In this document: piece after piece, positions 1-12,246 of the stretch
Numbering within the stretch: the first letter of the stretch is position 1
Layout: every line of letters starts with the position of its first letter
Assembly: GCA_907165135.1 (NCBI GenBank)
Contig: OU015569.1
Location: 5,580,001 to 5,644,000, forward strand
Length of the DNA: 64,000 nucleotides
Reading direction: 5' to 3'
Source of the DNA: Oikopleura dioica
Lineage: Eukaryota > Animalia > Chordata
Made by a program: the position numbers and the translations under genes
The notes under the pieces: generated by a model
The model's database searches: none
Told to the model about the DNA's origin: nothing
What the model saw: only the letters and a program-made list of their open reading frames with translations

Positions 1-2204
1 CAACCTTTCTGCATTTCGAAAATACATCACAGTAGCCTTTAAAGTCATCACATGCAGAACCGGGTTTTCTGTAAATCGTCCTGTTGTTAAAATACTTGGT
101 AAGCTCTCCAGTTGACATACAAGTATTTGGTTGGCCTTGTAACTGAAAATCTTAGTGAGAAACCGACAGATTTCGTGGCGATACCTGACAACAGACATGG
201 CAATGCTTCTTTTTCTCGGCCTCTGTAGCGTCAACTTCCGGCACTGGACAGTTGCAAGACTCAAGGATCCCTGGAAATTTGTCACATGCACTTCCAGAAC
301 AAAACCCATCAATACAAGTCATCGTTTCTTTCTGGCACCACTCTATAAATGAAATTATAACTTCTAATTCTTTTAGAACAACTGTTCTCAATAGATTATG
401 TATGAAAGAATGACACTTACTGTAGTTCTCTTTTGGCTTTGGTGTCGGGCATTCAGCCTTCTTGCCAGAGCACATGGTCGGCTCAGTACAGTCTTGTTCT
501 TTGGCGCAGAGAACATTTGTTCCATGATGTCTACACGTGTTTCCATCGCAGCATGGACCTTGTGAGATGGAGCACTGCGCTCCACGCTTCAACTTGCATC
601 TTTTGTTTGGAATGTCGAAATCTGCCGGGTAGCAGCAGTTATCCTTGAGTCGCTTGCATTCTTCTTCGAATCCACAGTCACACTCTTCCTCCTTGTCAAC
701 AATTTGGTTGCCGCAAATAGGTGCATCGGATGTAACAAAACAACTTCGCTTTTTGCTCAGCACTCGCGTAATGTTTCGGATCGAGCATTCCGAGAATTTA
801 TCATTATTTGCTTTGTCGCCGGAGGTGGCACGGGAGAACATGATATAATTTCCATCCCTTTTGATGGACTGATCCATCGAGTCGCCTGGTGTGCAGAGAA
901 TACCTCCATCATGAGGAGAGCCAAAATTATGACCCACTGAAAAAATGAATATTGAGTCATTGCCGTTTAATCTTACCTTCGTGAGCGAAAGTGATATGGG
1001 AGACCTTGGTGGGGACAATTGAGCCATAGTTCTCGATTGTGATGATGCCTGTGTTCAAGCTCTTCGTATTCCCATCGTTGTATCGTTTGTTCTTCTCACA
1101 AATTCCGCCAGAACTACCTTCCGGCTGAGCAACCCAAGCAAGTCCAAGAACACCAGAGTTAAAATCGCGCTTTGTAAATACATAAGACAAGCAGTAATCG
1201 TCATAATCGTCGAGCGAAGCGTACTCAAGAAACTTTTCCACACCAATATTGCGCGATCTAAAGTTGTCTCCTTCGCCAGTAGTGTCATCGATTTTGATTC
1301 GCTTTACTTGGAAGCGAGGTCGGATGTACACCTTCTTTCCCTTGGCGCCATCGACAATAAACTGGTGTTTGATGTAGATTTTGTTTATTGCCTTCAAATG
1401 CGAAGAGATAAAAGAGAGAATCTCCTCCCGATCCACAGGACAGCTTGGTGAGCGTTTTCCATCTGAAAATTACATAAGAATCTAATGATTAAATAGTGCG
1501 GTACCTGGACATCTTTTGTACTCATTGGAGAACATGTGATCTACTTGAATACGCATGATACAAGTGTTTCGCTGATCCTCTTCGTACGTTTGATCAGATT
1601 CACGGCGCACTCTCGATCCGTCATCAGGCTCAGTGTGGTGATATGCACCCATTGGCGCATTAAAATCAGCAGGAGAATGTTTCATCTCTTTGCAGTGACC
1701 GAAATCTTTCGGAAGTTCAATTTCATTTTCATGATAAATAACAGAGTGAGTGGTCCCAGCTTCTCCCCGTCGCTCGACGTAAAACGTTCCCCAAAGCGGA
1801 GAGAATATCGTCCCACTGAAAACGCCCTGTCGTAACTGTCCTTCTGCGTGTGAGCCTGGTTGATCAGCGATCTTGCCAGAAACAAGATGATCAATCCGGT
1901 GAACTAGTGAATGCCCTTTATTGTCTTCTACTTCATAACCTTCCGCAAATACAGAAGAGTCAGCATGAAGCAGCAATGGGAAATGGTAACCCTTCGCAGT
2001 AAAATTGAGGGAAACAACTGGCGATCCCTCTGAGTCAACGAGACTGCGGCGATAGCGTCCTTCGTGATGTAAATCTCGCACTACTCGATGTTTCCGCTCA
2101 ATTTGAACTGGATCATATTGGAGCGGCTCGAAGCTTTTTACGAATTTGTTTAGTCTCTCACAAGACGTACTGGCAATGAAGACATGGAGAAGAGAAATTA
2201 TCAT
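1..2204 (-). CDS. ADAM10: ADAM10/Kuzbanian metalloprotease, multi-exon, 3' end runs off the window
   Basis: Signal peptide, prodomain with cysteine switch (GHCKEMKH) and furin site RVRR. Splicing gives [12 protein letters not shown] (zinc motif), followed by a disintegrin domain ([15 protein letters not shown]) and a Cys-rich [15 protein letters not shown] exon at 1-90. Confidence 0.92.
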
Positions 2205-2325
2205 CCCCTATGTCGCCGATTCCGATTTCCGTAACTCGGTATTATCGTTCTAAAAAATATAAATAAGTTTGAGCAAATACATGAAGAAATTGAAAGGCAT
2301 TATGAAAAGACATCCAAAGTCGGTT

Positions 2326-4177
2326 TTATTTTTTCATTTTCGTCGCTTTCTCCTTCCGTTTCTTCACGTGCTTGGGCATTTTATGTTTTCTCTTTTCTCT
2401 CTGTGCTTCCTTCACTTGTGCTTTGTGCTCCTTCATTTCTTGTTTCGTCATTTTCTTCCTGTCTTTTGGATGCACCCATGTTTCTTCCGGTTTTATAATT
2501 TCATCCTCATCAGTATCTTCATTTTGGTTATTGTTATCTTCTTCACCCTCTGACTCAGCAGACTCGTCATCTGATAACCGATTTTTAATTGAATGCTTAC
2601 TTTTATTGCGTCTCGTAATTATAACTATACCTGCTAAGATATTCGGCTGTTGGGCTGCTCCAGACATGTCCTTTCTCAGTCCCGAGACAATCGCATATAG
2701 TGCGCTTCCTCCACCATCTTTTCCCGCTTTGATGTCCTTCTCCGCCTGCAGAAAGCCAATCTCACTCAGAGTTCGTGGAATCGGCATTTCAATAAAGATC
2801 TTGTCTTCTTCCTCCATGTCCTTTAGGTCTGTCTCGCTGCGATTGATAGCGCGTGTCATAATTTTGTCGATGTACTCATCTTAAATTTACTTCATTATAT
2901 CGTCTTCGACAGAGTATACTCACCTATGTTAGAGTTATTAACGCTTAAATCCACAACGAACTCGAATACTTCTCTCACGCTCGGTACATTGACTCCTTGC
3001 TTCTTGAAAAATGCATTTACATTTCTGCAATCGAAACGTAAAAAATCCAAAGCGTAGGGATGATCGTGCTCGACAGATTGAGACACGTCGATTATATAGC
3101 ATACGCCTTAAATCGCCGCTCAGCATTAGGAAAGAGAAGTAAGCTACCTTTGTGGTAAAGAATGTTGAATTCTGACAGATCTCCGTGGACTAGTTTGCAA
3201 GTTTGGTACATAGTCCGAACATGCTTCACGACTTCCAAATAAAGAGAAATCCATTTTGAGGGCTTTATATGAGGAGCAGCATCCTTGAGTCGAAGCGCGG
3301 CAACGCCGTTGTCTCCGATAAATTCCATCAAAAGCACTGAAAATCTTCTTTTTCTTTATAAACTCTTGTAAAACATACCATGAGCTCTTAATTCCAAGGG
3401 AACTGGCGAGGGAATGCCCGCTGATTGCAGTCGACCCAAGTTTCGCATTTCTTTTTCTGCCCATGTCGCCACCATCTTTCGCGGATTTCCTTTGATAGAC
3501 TTGTTTTTATGAGGGCTGAGAAAGGAATATACCTTTGCAATAGCGCTGCCATCTGAATTCTCCCTTCATGTACTTTTCTCTGTCTTTGAAGACTAAAATT
3601 GAGGTTTTATAAATCTTCAGCGCGCGGTGAGCTCCAGACTCTGTCAGCGCATGATACACGTTTGCTTCTTTTCCAGTGGATATGCAGCCGTGGATTGAGT
3701 GCAGCAGTTGCCGCTGGAGCATCTTCTGCAGGATCAGCCTTGTTCGGGGATCGAGTACTTGCTCAGTAGTGGCACGCTGGGACTTGTCCTTCCGCCGGAT
3801 CTCTTGTTCACTCTGTTGCTTCCTTTCGTGCTGCTCGCGCACGATCATCGCTGTATTGATTCTGCTGTCGAACTTGTGCTCTGCATGCTTTGGCTGGAAT
3901 GAGCCGTGAGCACCCTTCGATATGCTCTGTACATCGTAGGAGCTGAACTCGTTGTCATCGATGAAGCGCTCGTCTAATTCGAACTCTTCGGCGTTGCTAT
4001 CTTCCCGCTTCGTTTTTAACTTCGACATGACGATAGTCGAGATCATCTCTTCGATCTAACTATTTTTAAACACGTTCGACTGAATAGCTGTGTACCTGAA
4101 GCTTGTCCAATTCGTTTTCATCTTCGTCTGGATCATCAAACTGACCCGGAGCGTAGCCAATTCCGCTTGTAGTCATT
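2326..4177 (-). CDS. RIOK1: RIO1 atypical kinase
   Basis: [59 protein letters not shown] and the basic tail [15 protein letters not shown] at 4177 read manually. Confidence 0.92.
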
Positions 4178-4305
4178 CTAACTGAAAGAAAAACGCTTAT
4201 TTATCATTAAGATTTCCTGAAAATAAATGTATTGTGGCTAGAAAAATAAAAAAGTACGGAGTTTTCTATGTTTGTGAGGCAGAATGGTGATGCGTCAAAT
4301 GAAGA

Positions 4306-5264
4306 TTAGAGCGCATTTTTGGGCCATTGGTGGGAGAGAATAGTAATGTGGCGGTAGAAAGGATCAACGAGGAAAAACATCTTCGTCTGCGGATGAGGAT
4401 TGCACGCACCCCCTGGCTGGTAGTGAGTGGAAATGCAGTTCTTTTGCTTCTGCACGTCGATGATGAAGGCAGCTGTTCGAATGTCCTTTATGCCTGCGGC
4501 GTTCTGCTTGATAGCCACAAGGTCCTTGCCACAAGTTTTATTCAACATATTTCTCAGCTTCTTTTACCTTGTAAATAGTTTTCGTGGTTTCAAGATATTG
4601 ATCGATTTCGTCTTCGTACTGGCAGAGTGGACCGCCGAGAACCAGACTCGAAAAGAGCTCGAAAATGAACTCATCTCGTTCGTCCTCGTTGAAAAGTTGA
4701 TAGTTGTCGGATTCTTCGTCGACAAGCATTCTGCGCAGCTCATCTTCTATTGTCATTCCCTGGCGAACATCTGGGGGGCATCCGACAATGTGCCCCGTGT
4801 GACGGAGAATCGGAGTTTCTGTCCCTGTCTTATGCAAAATGTCGAAAAACTCCATCGACATAATATCAGTGTTCAATTGTCGTACGTCGATTTTGTTCAC
4901 GTATCTATCCATCTAAAGTGCCAGATGAATGTTTGTATAATGAGAGACAGTTATTTTTTCTTCGTCCCTGAATGTTTACTTATCTAACCTGTAGTAGAGA
5001 TAGAACAGTCGCGTCTTCGAAAAAGTTCTGAATCAATCTGCCCATATCGATCTCGTTCGCTGGCTTATCATAATTGAAAGTGTTAAATTTAAGATCCAAG
5101 TTCCATTTCTGTAATTTCTCCAGCACTTCTCTATTCTTCAGAAAGGCAAACTGTTTGTCGATCTGAAACGGGCACATTGAAAATCATAATTTGAAAATAA
5201 TTATTTCTCTAGTTGAATCATCGGTAAGATTTACTACCTTGGAGAAGATGAATGGTTCGCTCAT
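4306..5264 (-). CDS. CFAP300: CFAP300 (C11orf70) dynein assembly factor homolog
   Basis: EDELRRMLVDEESDNYQLFNEDERDEFIF...LVLGGPLCQYED and C-terminal HPQ...VDPFYRHITIL. ATG at 5264. Confidence 0.8.
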
Positions 5265-5336
5265 GATTTCCTTTTTGAAAATTGCCTGGAGGGTTGGGAG
5301 CTTCTCTGAGCTGAGCCCGAGCTCGCAAAGGATGAG

Positions 5337-5372
5337 CCAATAGCAGGCTCAAACGCGCCCTGCGCAGCCAAT
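5337..5372 (+). promoter_or_regulatory. Tandem CCAAT boxes, 31-bp spacing
   Basis: GCCAAT at 5336 and 5367 in a GC-rich patch just upstream of the CFAP300-RIOK1-ADAM10 run. Confidence 0.45.
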
Positions 5373-5704
5373 AAGCGCTCCGTGAGTTTTCCCTTTTTCC
5401 AAAAGAGAAGACAAAAAAGAAATGCTTCTGAGGCCGGGGACGAAGACAATCCTCTGGAGACGGAAGGGAATAAATCTCAAGAAGAGCCCTGATCTGTTGG
5501 AATTCCGAGCGCTTAAAATTTCAGCCCTGAGTCAAGCAAATGCTCAGAAAAAGAAGACGAATGAGCTCATGGGTCAAAGAAAGTTAGTGTTTTCATTTTT
5601 CGGTGCATTTGAAGATTGACTGAAGTGCATTTTTTTGGTTTCATTTATTTTTTTTTTGTAATTTTTCAGTAAAGCGGATAAAGTGGCCGGTCTGATAAAG
5701 AAAT

Positions 5705-6597
5705 CTAATAGACAGTAGGCTCGCATGGGCCCTTATTCATCATCATAAAGAACATAAGGCTCTCATTGGAGTCGGCGCTGTCGTCGGACATCAGCAAAAG
5801 AGGAAGCATGACATTGGTGCCCATCGTCGTTCCAGGCGCCTGGGACTGCATCGCCATCAGAAGAACAAGCATGTCCACGTCAACACCGTCGGTAGAACGT
5901 CTTTTGCGTCGATTGTCTTCCTCGGACAAAAGCATTAATGGAAGAAGCATATTGAAGCTGTTGTCGAATCCTTGCTCCGTTGTCATGCCTCCGTTCATTG
6001 AACTTAGAAGCACCTAAACAAATTGTTCGAAATAACTCTTATTTTGTTCATTTTTACCATGAGCAGAACCATATTGTCATCATCGCTTGCGATGTCATCA
6101 CTCATCAGAAGAATAGGAAGAAAGCTGTTTATGTCCGCGCCGCCTGATGACATCGTCGAAACGAGGAGCAGACTCATCAAACTATCCCTAGAAGAGGTGG
6201 AGGCAGATGAAGAATCGTCGCTCAATAAGAGCAAAGGGAGGAGATTGTTCATTGCCGAGTTGGTGTTTTGAGTGCAATCGTTTTGAAGAACTGTTGTGAG
6301 CAGGAATAAACTCGTCATGTCGGTGCTTCCTTCGTCTTCGAGAATCAGGAAGGGCAGGAGATGAGACATCTCGCCAGATGAGCCAAGACCACCGGAAAGT
6401 GCCATAATCATCAAAGCCTCAGAGTTCGACGAGCTGTTGCTAGAATCCTGAGTGAGAAGTAACAGTGGCAACATCTGGTGCATTGCGTTCTGTTGCCCAG
6501 CTGGCTGGTTTGAAGGCTGATTCTGCATTAGAAGGAGGAGCATCGTTTCGTCGATTGCTACCGCAAGGGCAAAGAAAATTGAAAGTAGAAACTTCAT
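5705..6597 (-). CDS. Secreted Met/Leu/Ser-rich repeat protein of unknown function
   Basis: Signal peptide MKFLLSIFFALAVA, about 6 repeats of an LLPLLLLS-like motif, RRKRR furin site. The two ORFs are joined by a short intron near 6010-6040. Confidence 0.7.
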
Positions 6598-6912
6598 TGT
6601 CTCTTTTTTGGATTGATAATGCAACTCGAAATTTCCCCTTTATATGTCCGTAAAGATGCTCTTGATTCCTCCACGTGAGCACTAATTAGCCTGTTTCATG
6701 GACGGATGAACGTCACGGACTAGTTATTTATGGGGACAGAGTTGATCTATGGGGACTAGTAATGACCGGTTTCCCGAATTTGAACCGATTATACGCCGCT
6801 TGGTTTTTATCTTCAAAGAATTTTTCTTAATTCGTTCCCAAGATTTTCGCTAAATTATTTTTTTAGCCCGGAAGACCGACTCTTCATCAGCCAAAAACGC
6901 GCCTCTGATATT

Positions 6913-7905
6913 ATGGCTGGAGCTGCCGACTTCAACCAGCTCAAATACGAACAAGAGGAAAAGAAGTTAGAAGTAGAAGCTTCGAAAATCGCTAGAGGTG
7001 GAAGTGTCTATTTCCTTTGCATGGCACTTGTAGCGATGTACGTTTGGATTCTCAGACAAAGATCAAATAAAGAACATGTCGCCAAAAAGGTCGAAACCTT
7101 GGGAAGAGCTAGTTTGGAGGGCAAGTTCGACCTTGTTCAGGTATTGTTTTGCCGAAAAAGAAATACGTTTTCAGTAAAATTTATTCAGACAAAAGATGGA
7201 GAAGCATTTTCTACTGATGATCTTCTTGGAAAATGGTCTCTTATCTATTTTGGCTTCACTCGCTGCCCTGATGTTTGTCCTGAGCAGCTAGAAAAGCTGG
7301 CATATGTTATTCAGTCTGTTGAAGAAAGTAAGCTACATTACTTTTTCGCGCTTTACCATTTATCTCTATTAAGCAAAGAAGAACCCAAAGTCTGAAATGG
7401 CTGATGTGGAAATCGTTCCTCTTTTTATTTCGATAGATGTTAGAAGGGATACTTTTGAAGAAATTAATGAATATTGCGAGGTAGAGATTTGGCTGCGGTC
7501 AAGCATATGACTAATTTTTTTAAGAGTTTCCATCCGTCCTTGATAGGTTTATCAGGAACAGAGAAGCAGGTCGACGCAGCGGCTAAATCCTTTAGATTGT
7601 ATTTCTCAAAGGGCATGTATGGTAAGTGACTTTTGAAATGGCCGCCAGTGAGAAATATTTAAGGCGAGAGTGAGGAAGACTATTTACTTGACCACACTGT
7701 TGTGATATTCTTGCTCAACCCTGAAAATAAGATAGAAGAGTATTTCACCCAATCCAAGAGTCCTGGCCAGATAATATTCGAAACGCATCAAGCGATTAAG
7801 AAGTGGAAGTTCCTGGATGATTATATGGAAGTAGCTCGGCAAATTGAAGCCAAGAAAGAAGAAGTGCAAAAGAAAAGACTAAAGAAAGCCCTTTCGAAAG
7901 ATTAA
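6913..7905 (+). CDS. SCO1: SCO1/SCO2 cytochrome c oxidase copper chaperone
   Basis: GKWSLIYFGFTRCPDVCPEQLEKL (CxxxC), N-terminal TM helix, PLFISID and EFHPSLIGLSG exons. Confidence 0.88.
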
Positions 7906-7971
7906 TGTTGCTCGAATCCACCTTTCCCTTTCTTCAAGTTCAAAAAACTTAAATTTTTTCGTCGCTTCAGA

Positions 7972-8910
7972 ATGAAAAGCTGGGAGATCGATCTGGTTCA
8001 GTTGCTAGGAGTGGCAGCGGAGAAGAACTGGTGCGACGCGTTTTTCTTCCCCTTCGAGAAAGTAAGCAACTTTCGCCCAGAAATGGATGGGCCAATGCGG
8101 GTTCATACTTGTTTGATGAATTTGAAAAGAAGTATTTTCGATGAGGACGAGGAGAACTTAGAACTAGCCGTGCTCAAAATGGAGAAAATCCCGAAAGAGT
8201 TTTTGGAAGTTAGGGAGCTCGATATCCTCGCTGGAACAAGTAATTATTCAATAATTACCCCAGATTGACCACTGAAAAGAGATAATTTTTCTTTTTAGTC
8301 CTGAAAATGAGCATACAGCGAAGCTTCCAATGGACAATGCTCAACCAGTATTATCTTAATCTGCGCAAGAAGTGGTACCGCCTGCTCCCAACTAACAAGC
8401 TCCTGAAAATCATCAATTATATCCAGCACAAACCGCAATCGATCGATAACTTCAAAAGTGTCCTCAGTACGCAAAGTTTTTTAACCGCTCGAACTTTAGC
8501 GCAAAGCTTAGATAGGAATGGATTTGACCTCATTTGATTTTATTTGGACTATTTGATTTTACAATTAGTGTAACTTCTGTTAATCTTCATAATTGATTTT
8601 AAAAATTTTGACAATCCATCGAAAGTAACACACTGAGAGCTCTTATGCTGCGCATCATCACCGAGGACATCTCTAATGCTGTATTGGACGAGAAGAAACT
8701 GACAATCACTCCCATTCAAAAAGAACGAACGAAACACGCTTCGCATCGAAACTCGATAAGCAAGAAAGCGAAGCGTAAGTTAGACTGGGACAACCTTCCC
8801 GGGCCTTCAAAAAGATGAAAATCATTTTCATCGAAAACCGCCGTGTTGCCTTCAATTCTCGTGAAATCGAACTGCTCTATCTGTCATTGTGAAACACTCG
8901 TTAATGCTGT
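7972..8910 (+). CDS. Hypothetical multi-exon protein (3' end approximate)
   Basis: ORFs 7972-8268 and 8307-8537 join in frame across a GT-AG intron; an acceptor-like cttcag lies directly before the ATG. No family recognised. Confidence 0.4.
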
Positions 8911-8968
8911 GAATAAATCCTTATGTGGAATCAGGGAAGCTAACTCAAGATAGATTTCTTCAGAATCT

Positions 8969-9704
8969 ATGGTTCGCGTTTTCTTAACGGGCAAGCCAGG
9001 AGTAGGAAAAACAACTGCAATAAAGGAATGCTGTTTTATTACTTGGCGTTGAGGCTAATAGAAATTAGAGCTCTATATCTTGCGAAGTGTCATCAGTAAG
9101 GAAAATAATAATTCAAGAGAACAGCTTATTTCAAGAATATTGTAGAGCAGTTAGGTACTCAAACCTGCATTTTCAATTTCAGTATTTCTTAGGGACTGAT
9201 AGAGTGTACGGATTTTTTACGGAAGAGATGCGTGATGCAAACGGCGCGAGGGCAGGGTTTACCTTGTGCAATATAGAGAATAAGAAGTCAATCGTTATGG
9301 CTAAAAAGAACTCGGGCGGTGGACCCAAAGTCGGTCCTTACTCGGTTGATTGTCGCCAAACAGCCGAGTTGATGGTCGATTCGCTTCAAAATAACAGCGG
9401 AAAGAAACTAGCCATCATGGACGAGATAGGCAAAATGGAGATGGTTAGTCTGCGCGATAAAGCCAACTTCTTGCTGGAGAAGGAGTTCTTCAAGTGCTTT
9501 GACAAGGCGGAGCATATAATTGGTAAAAATAATCGACTTCCTCCAAGATGACTGGTTTGAGTAGGGACCATTCCAGTGGCAGCGACCAAAGATAAATTCT
9601 TGGATGAAATCAGGAAGAGCAGCCTCGTGATTACGGTGGATAAATCGAACCGCGATTCCGTTCCTGACCAAATTATGACTCTACTGAACTCTGAGAACTG
9701 CTAA
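8969..9704 (+). CDS. NTPCR: Cancer-related nucleoside triphosphatase (NTPase 1/THEP1 family)
   Basis: MVRVFLTGKPGVGKTT P-loop, GFFTEEMR, VGPYSVD, MDEIGKME, IIGTIP after splicing, ITVDKSNRD. Confidence 0.88.
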
Positions 9705-9939
9705 TCAATAATCTATATATCAAAATATAGTAAGAGATAGAAAATACAGAAATGTTGATTTATCAAAGACGTGTCTTGCTAAAGCATTTCAGTTTACAGA
9801 ACAAATATGTACTCATTCAGTATCCAACTGCTGACAAAAGCTGAGTAATATATTCGGATGAAGCCAAGTGAAGCGGTGACTCACTGCGCTCTATAAATAC
9901 AAAAGGCAAGCGCCATTTCAAACCATTTCGAAAAACATC

Positions 9940-10751
9940 ATGTCCGTCACTGCCCTAGAAGAAGTTTATCAAGAGCAAAGAGTGAATCTGACGATCATTA
10001 ACGATCTCAGCGAGAACGAACGAGTATCGGTTTCGTATGCTTACAGTGATGGCGAACTGTTCATTGACTTTCCCGAGGACTATCCAGAGGAATCGCCACT
10101 CTTCTACCCTAAATTTGAGAAGCTGGATGATCAAGTAATCGAGGTTATTTTGAAAACTAGCTGGGAGAGATTCAAGAGCGACACCTTTAGGCTCGATAGA
10201 TTGATGGAAGATTTTGAGCAGTCATTATTGCCTGGTAGGTCGATTGAGTTCATACTCAAACTATAATCATAATGTTAGAATTACGCCAGGAGCAACTTGC
10301 GTCAGCAGAAAGTAGAAAAGCAAAAGAACAGACTGCAACAAAACCACACGAAGATGATGATATTGAATACGAAAGTTCGAAAAAGTTACCAAAAGCAGTA
10401 CCCCCAAACAAAAACGAAAAACCGAAAAAAGTAAAGAATCCAAAGCTGAAAACGGCAGAAGATGTTATTCGCCGAATTCAGTGGGACGAACAACTAGACT
10501 CCACAGAGTTCATCGTCGGTTATGTAGACCGCTTTGTCGGTCTTCAAGAAAAACAATTCGACGAGTTTTCATTTAAAAATTTCGTCGATGTTGATTTTGA
10601 AAAACAAGAGTTTGGCGTGCCCCAGCATAGGATTCAGTATTTCAAGTGGAGAGGGCACATTGTTTGGGACAAGACAATACGTATGGACTACATCTTTGGT
10701 TCTGGCAACTCCGACAAAACCATTTTCGAACCTGACTTTGAATTCCAATAA
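9940..10751 (+). CDS. RWD-like domain fused to MJ1316/DUF504 (LENG9-type) domain
   Basis: N-terminal LFIDFPEDYPEESP (RWD YPxxxP motif). C-terminal AEDVIRRIQWD...FIVGYVDRFVG...PQHRIQYFK..G.IVWDK. One GT-AG intron at about 10235-10278. Confidence 0.75.
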
Positions 10752-10924
10752 ACACTTTATTGTGTGATACATCGAGTTAGAGGATGATCCAGGGGACGCA
10801 TGCATCGAATCAAAGATGAACTAGGAGATATTAAATGAAAAGTGGGAGAAATTACTTGCTCCACTTTAAAAATAGCGTGTCAAGTCACTGTTTTCTACGA
10901 AAACGAAAAAGCAAACGGAATTGT

Positions 10925-11086
10925 GCAAATAGCAAAAAATATTCAGAGAGTCAGTGTTGATATGTTCACCGAGGTCGTGCCTTCTAACCTTAGTTCTGTA
11001 CTTGGATATAAAGGAAGCCTTCTGCGCACTGAAGATTGACGAATTTTGCCATTTATTAGGTCACATACAACTGATGTTTCAGCTTT
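10925..11086 (-). ncRNA. Candidate small RNA (left-arm copy), unannotated
   Basis: An exact 22-bp copy of the SL upstream element lies at 11141-11162 on the minus strand, at SL-like spacing. The unit ends in ATTTTTTG at the edge of arm homology. Confidence 0.3.
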
Positions 11087-11291
11087 GATTTTCTAAAAGA
11101 ACTTGCTAAAGACGAATTTCCAGGAAGACGTGTTGTGATCTTCGGCCTCTTTTCAGAAAATCAACCTTTCTTCCATCCCCATCAAGCCAGAAGAATCACG
11201 CGTGAAGGTGGACTGACGGTGTCTGGGTAGTTCGAAACATGAATCTGAGTAAATAACTTGCTATAAAATGTACCTTGACAGAGCCATCATC

Positions 11292-11410
11292 GCTTAGCGT
11301 CATACCGCGTAGAATAAACCAGTTCTCGTCCGATCACTGAAGTCAAACTACGACGGGCGGGGTTAGTACTTACATGGGTGACCGGTTGGGAATACCTCGT
11401 GCGCTAAGCA
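11292..11410 (+). rRNA. 5S: 5S rRNA
   Basis: 119 nt with GCTTAGCG...CGCTAAGC terminal stem, internal GTTAGTACTT..ATGGGTGACC..TGGGAATAC, followed by TTTT terminator. Confidence 0.95.
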
Positions 11411-11593
11411 TTTTGATTTTTTGCAAGGAAGGATCATCCTTTTGCCTTGCAAGCCTGCTTTAACATCATATTTCTTTAGAATCGGGTTATCTGTGGTTGA
11501 AAAAAGTCAAAATGTTAGTGTGAGGCAAGTACTGAGAGTGGAGCTTGCGTTGCGGGCGGCGTGGCACTTGTGAAAAAGCGCCCTCTACCGCGC

Positions 11594-11615
11594 GATTTTC
11601 TGAAAAGAGGCCGAA
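11594..11615 (+). promoter_or_regulatory. PSE-like upstream element of the SL RNA gene (GATTTTCTGAAAAGAGGCCGAA)
   Basis: Lies at -75 to -54 of the SL start. Present 4 times in the palindrome: 11141-11162 (-), 11594-11615 (+), 12751-12772 (-), 13204-13225 (+). Confidence 0.55.
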
Positions 11616-11668
11616 AATAGGAGCGCGCAGCGACAAAACGACCTCGAAATCAAGCACCCCTTCTCTTT

Positions 11669-11765
11669 ACTCATCCCATTTTTGAGTCCGATTTCGATTG
11701 TCTAACAGGTAAGAATCGTCTCCATGCCTACTCTCTCCTACCCCTCTCGCCTCTTACAAACGGAA
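11669..11765 (+). ncRNA. SL: Spliced-leader (SL) RNA gene (3' end approximate)
   Basis: ACTCATCCCATTTTTGAGTCCGATTTCGATTGTCTAACAG (40 nt, the O. dioica SL as I recall it) immediately followed by the donor GTAAG. Confidence 0.93.
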
Positions 11766-12111
11766 AACAAGGAAAGCACAAGAAGGGGAGATTCCTTTGA
11801 CGCGCTTTTTTTAAGGGACTAGGCCGAGTGAGCGTCGCGCGCCATTTTCTCACTTTCGCCAGGAAGCCCGAATTTTTTATTCGAATTTAATAAAATTTGG
11901 CATACAAACTAAACTTCTTATTCTCTTTCTTCTCCGACTTTTAGAATTTTCATATCTTGCCGACGAGCTGAGTTATGATCGAAAAACAGATGCTTGAATT
12001 CACGTGTACATAAGTACTTGAAATATTCGGATTGAGACTTTGAGACCAAGTCCACTGAAAAGCCCGTGGTCTCTTCTACAAAGTCTACTAATTGAGATTT
12101 CCCGGAAACGT

Positions 12112-12246
12112 CTATTTACCTGATTATCGAGGGATTACTGTGGGTCACCTGGAGCGCTCGGCGTGAAATGCGGTGTTTTTGCACTATTGGCACGCGATTC
12201 CCGCTGCGCTCGACAAGATCACCTGGATTACCTGCGAAGTTATCAG
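12112..12246 (+). ncRNA. Divergent U1-snRNA-like sequence in the palindrome spacer
   Basis: TTTACCTG, GGTCAC, TTTGCAC, GCGATTCCC..CTCGAC and a terminal CTGCG hairpin, in U1 order and at roughly U1 spacing. No canonical Sm site. Confidence 0.4.

Noticed and set aside
5422-5619. Small plus-strand gene
   Set aside because: No recognisable motif or clear splice partners; it lies between a promoter patch and a 3' UTR.
10842-11039. Short ORFs in and around the palindrome (10842-11039, 12163-12366)
   Set aside because: No coding motifs or splice context; they overlap the RNA cassette arms and spacer.
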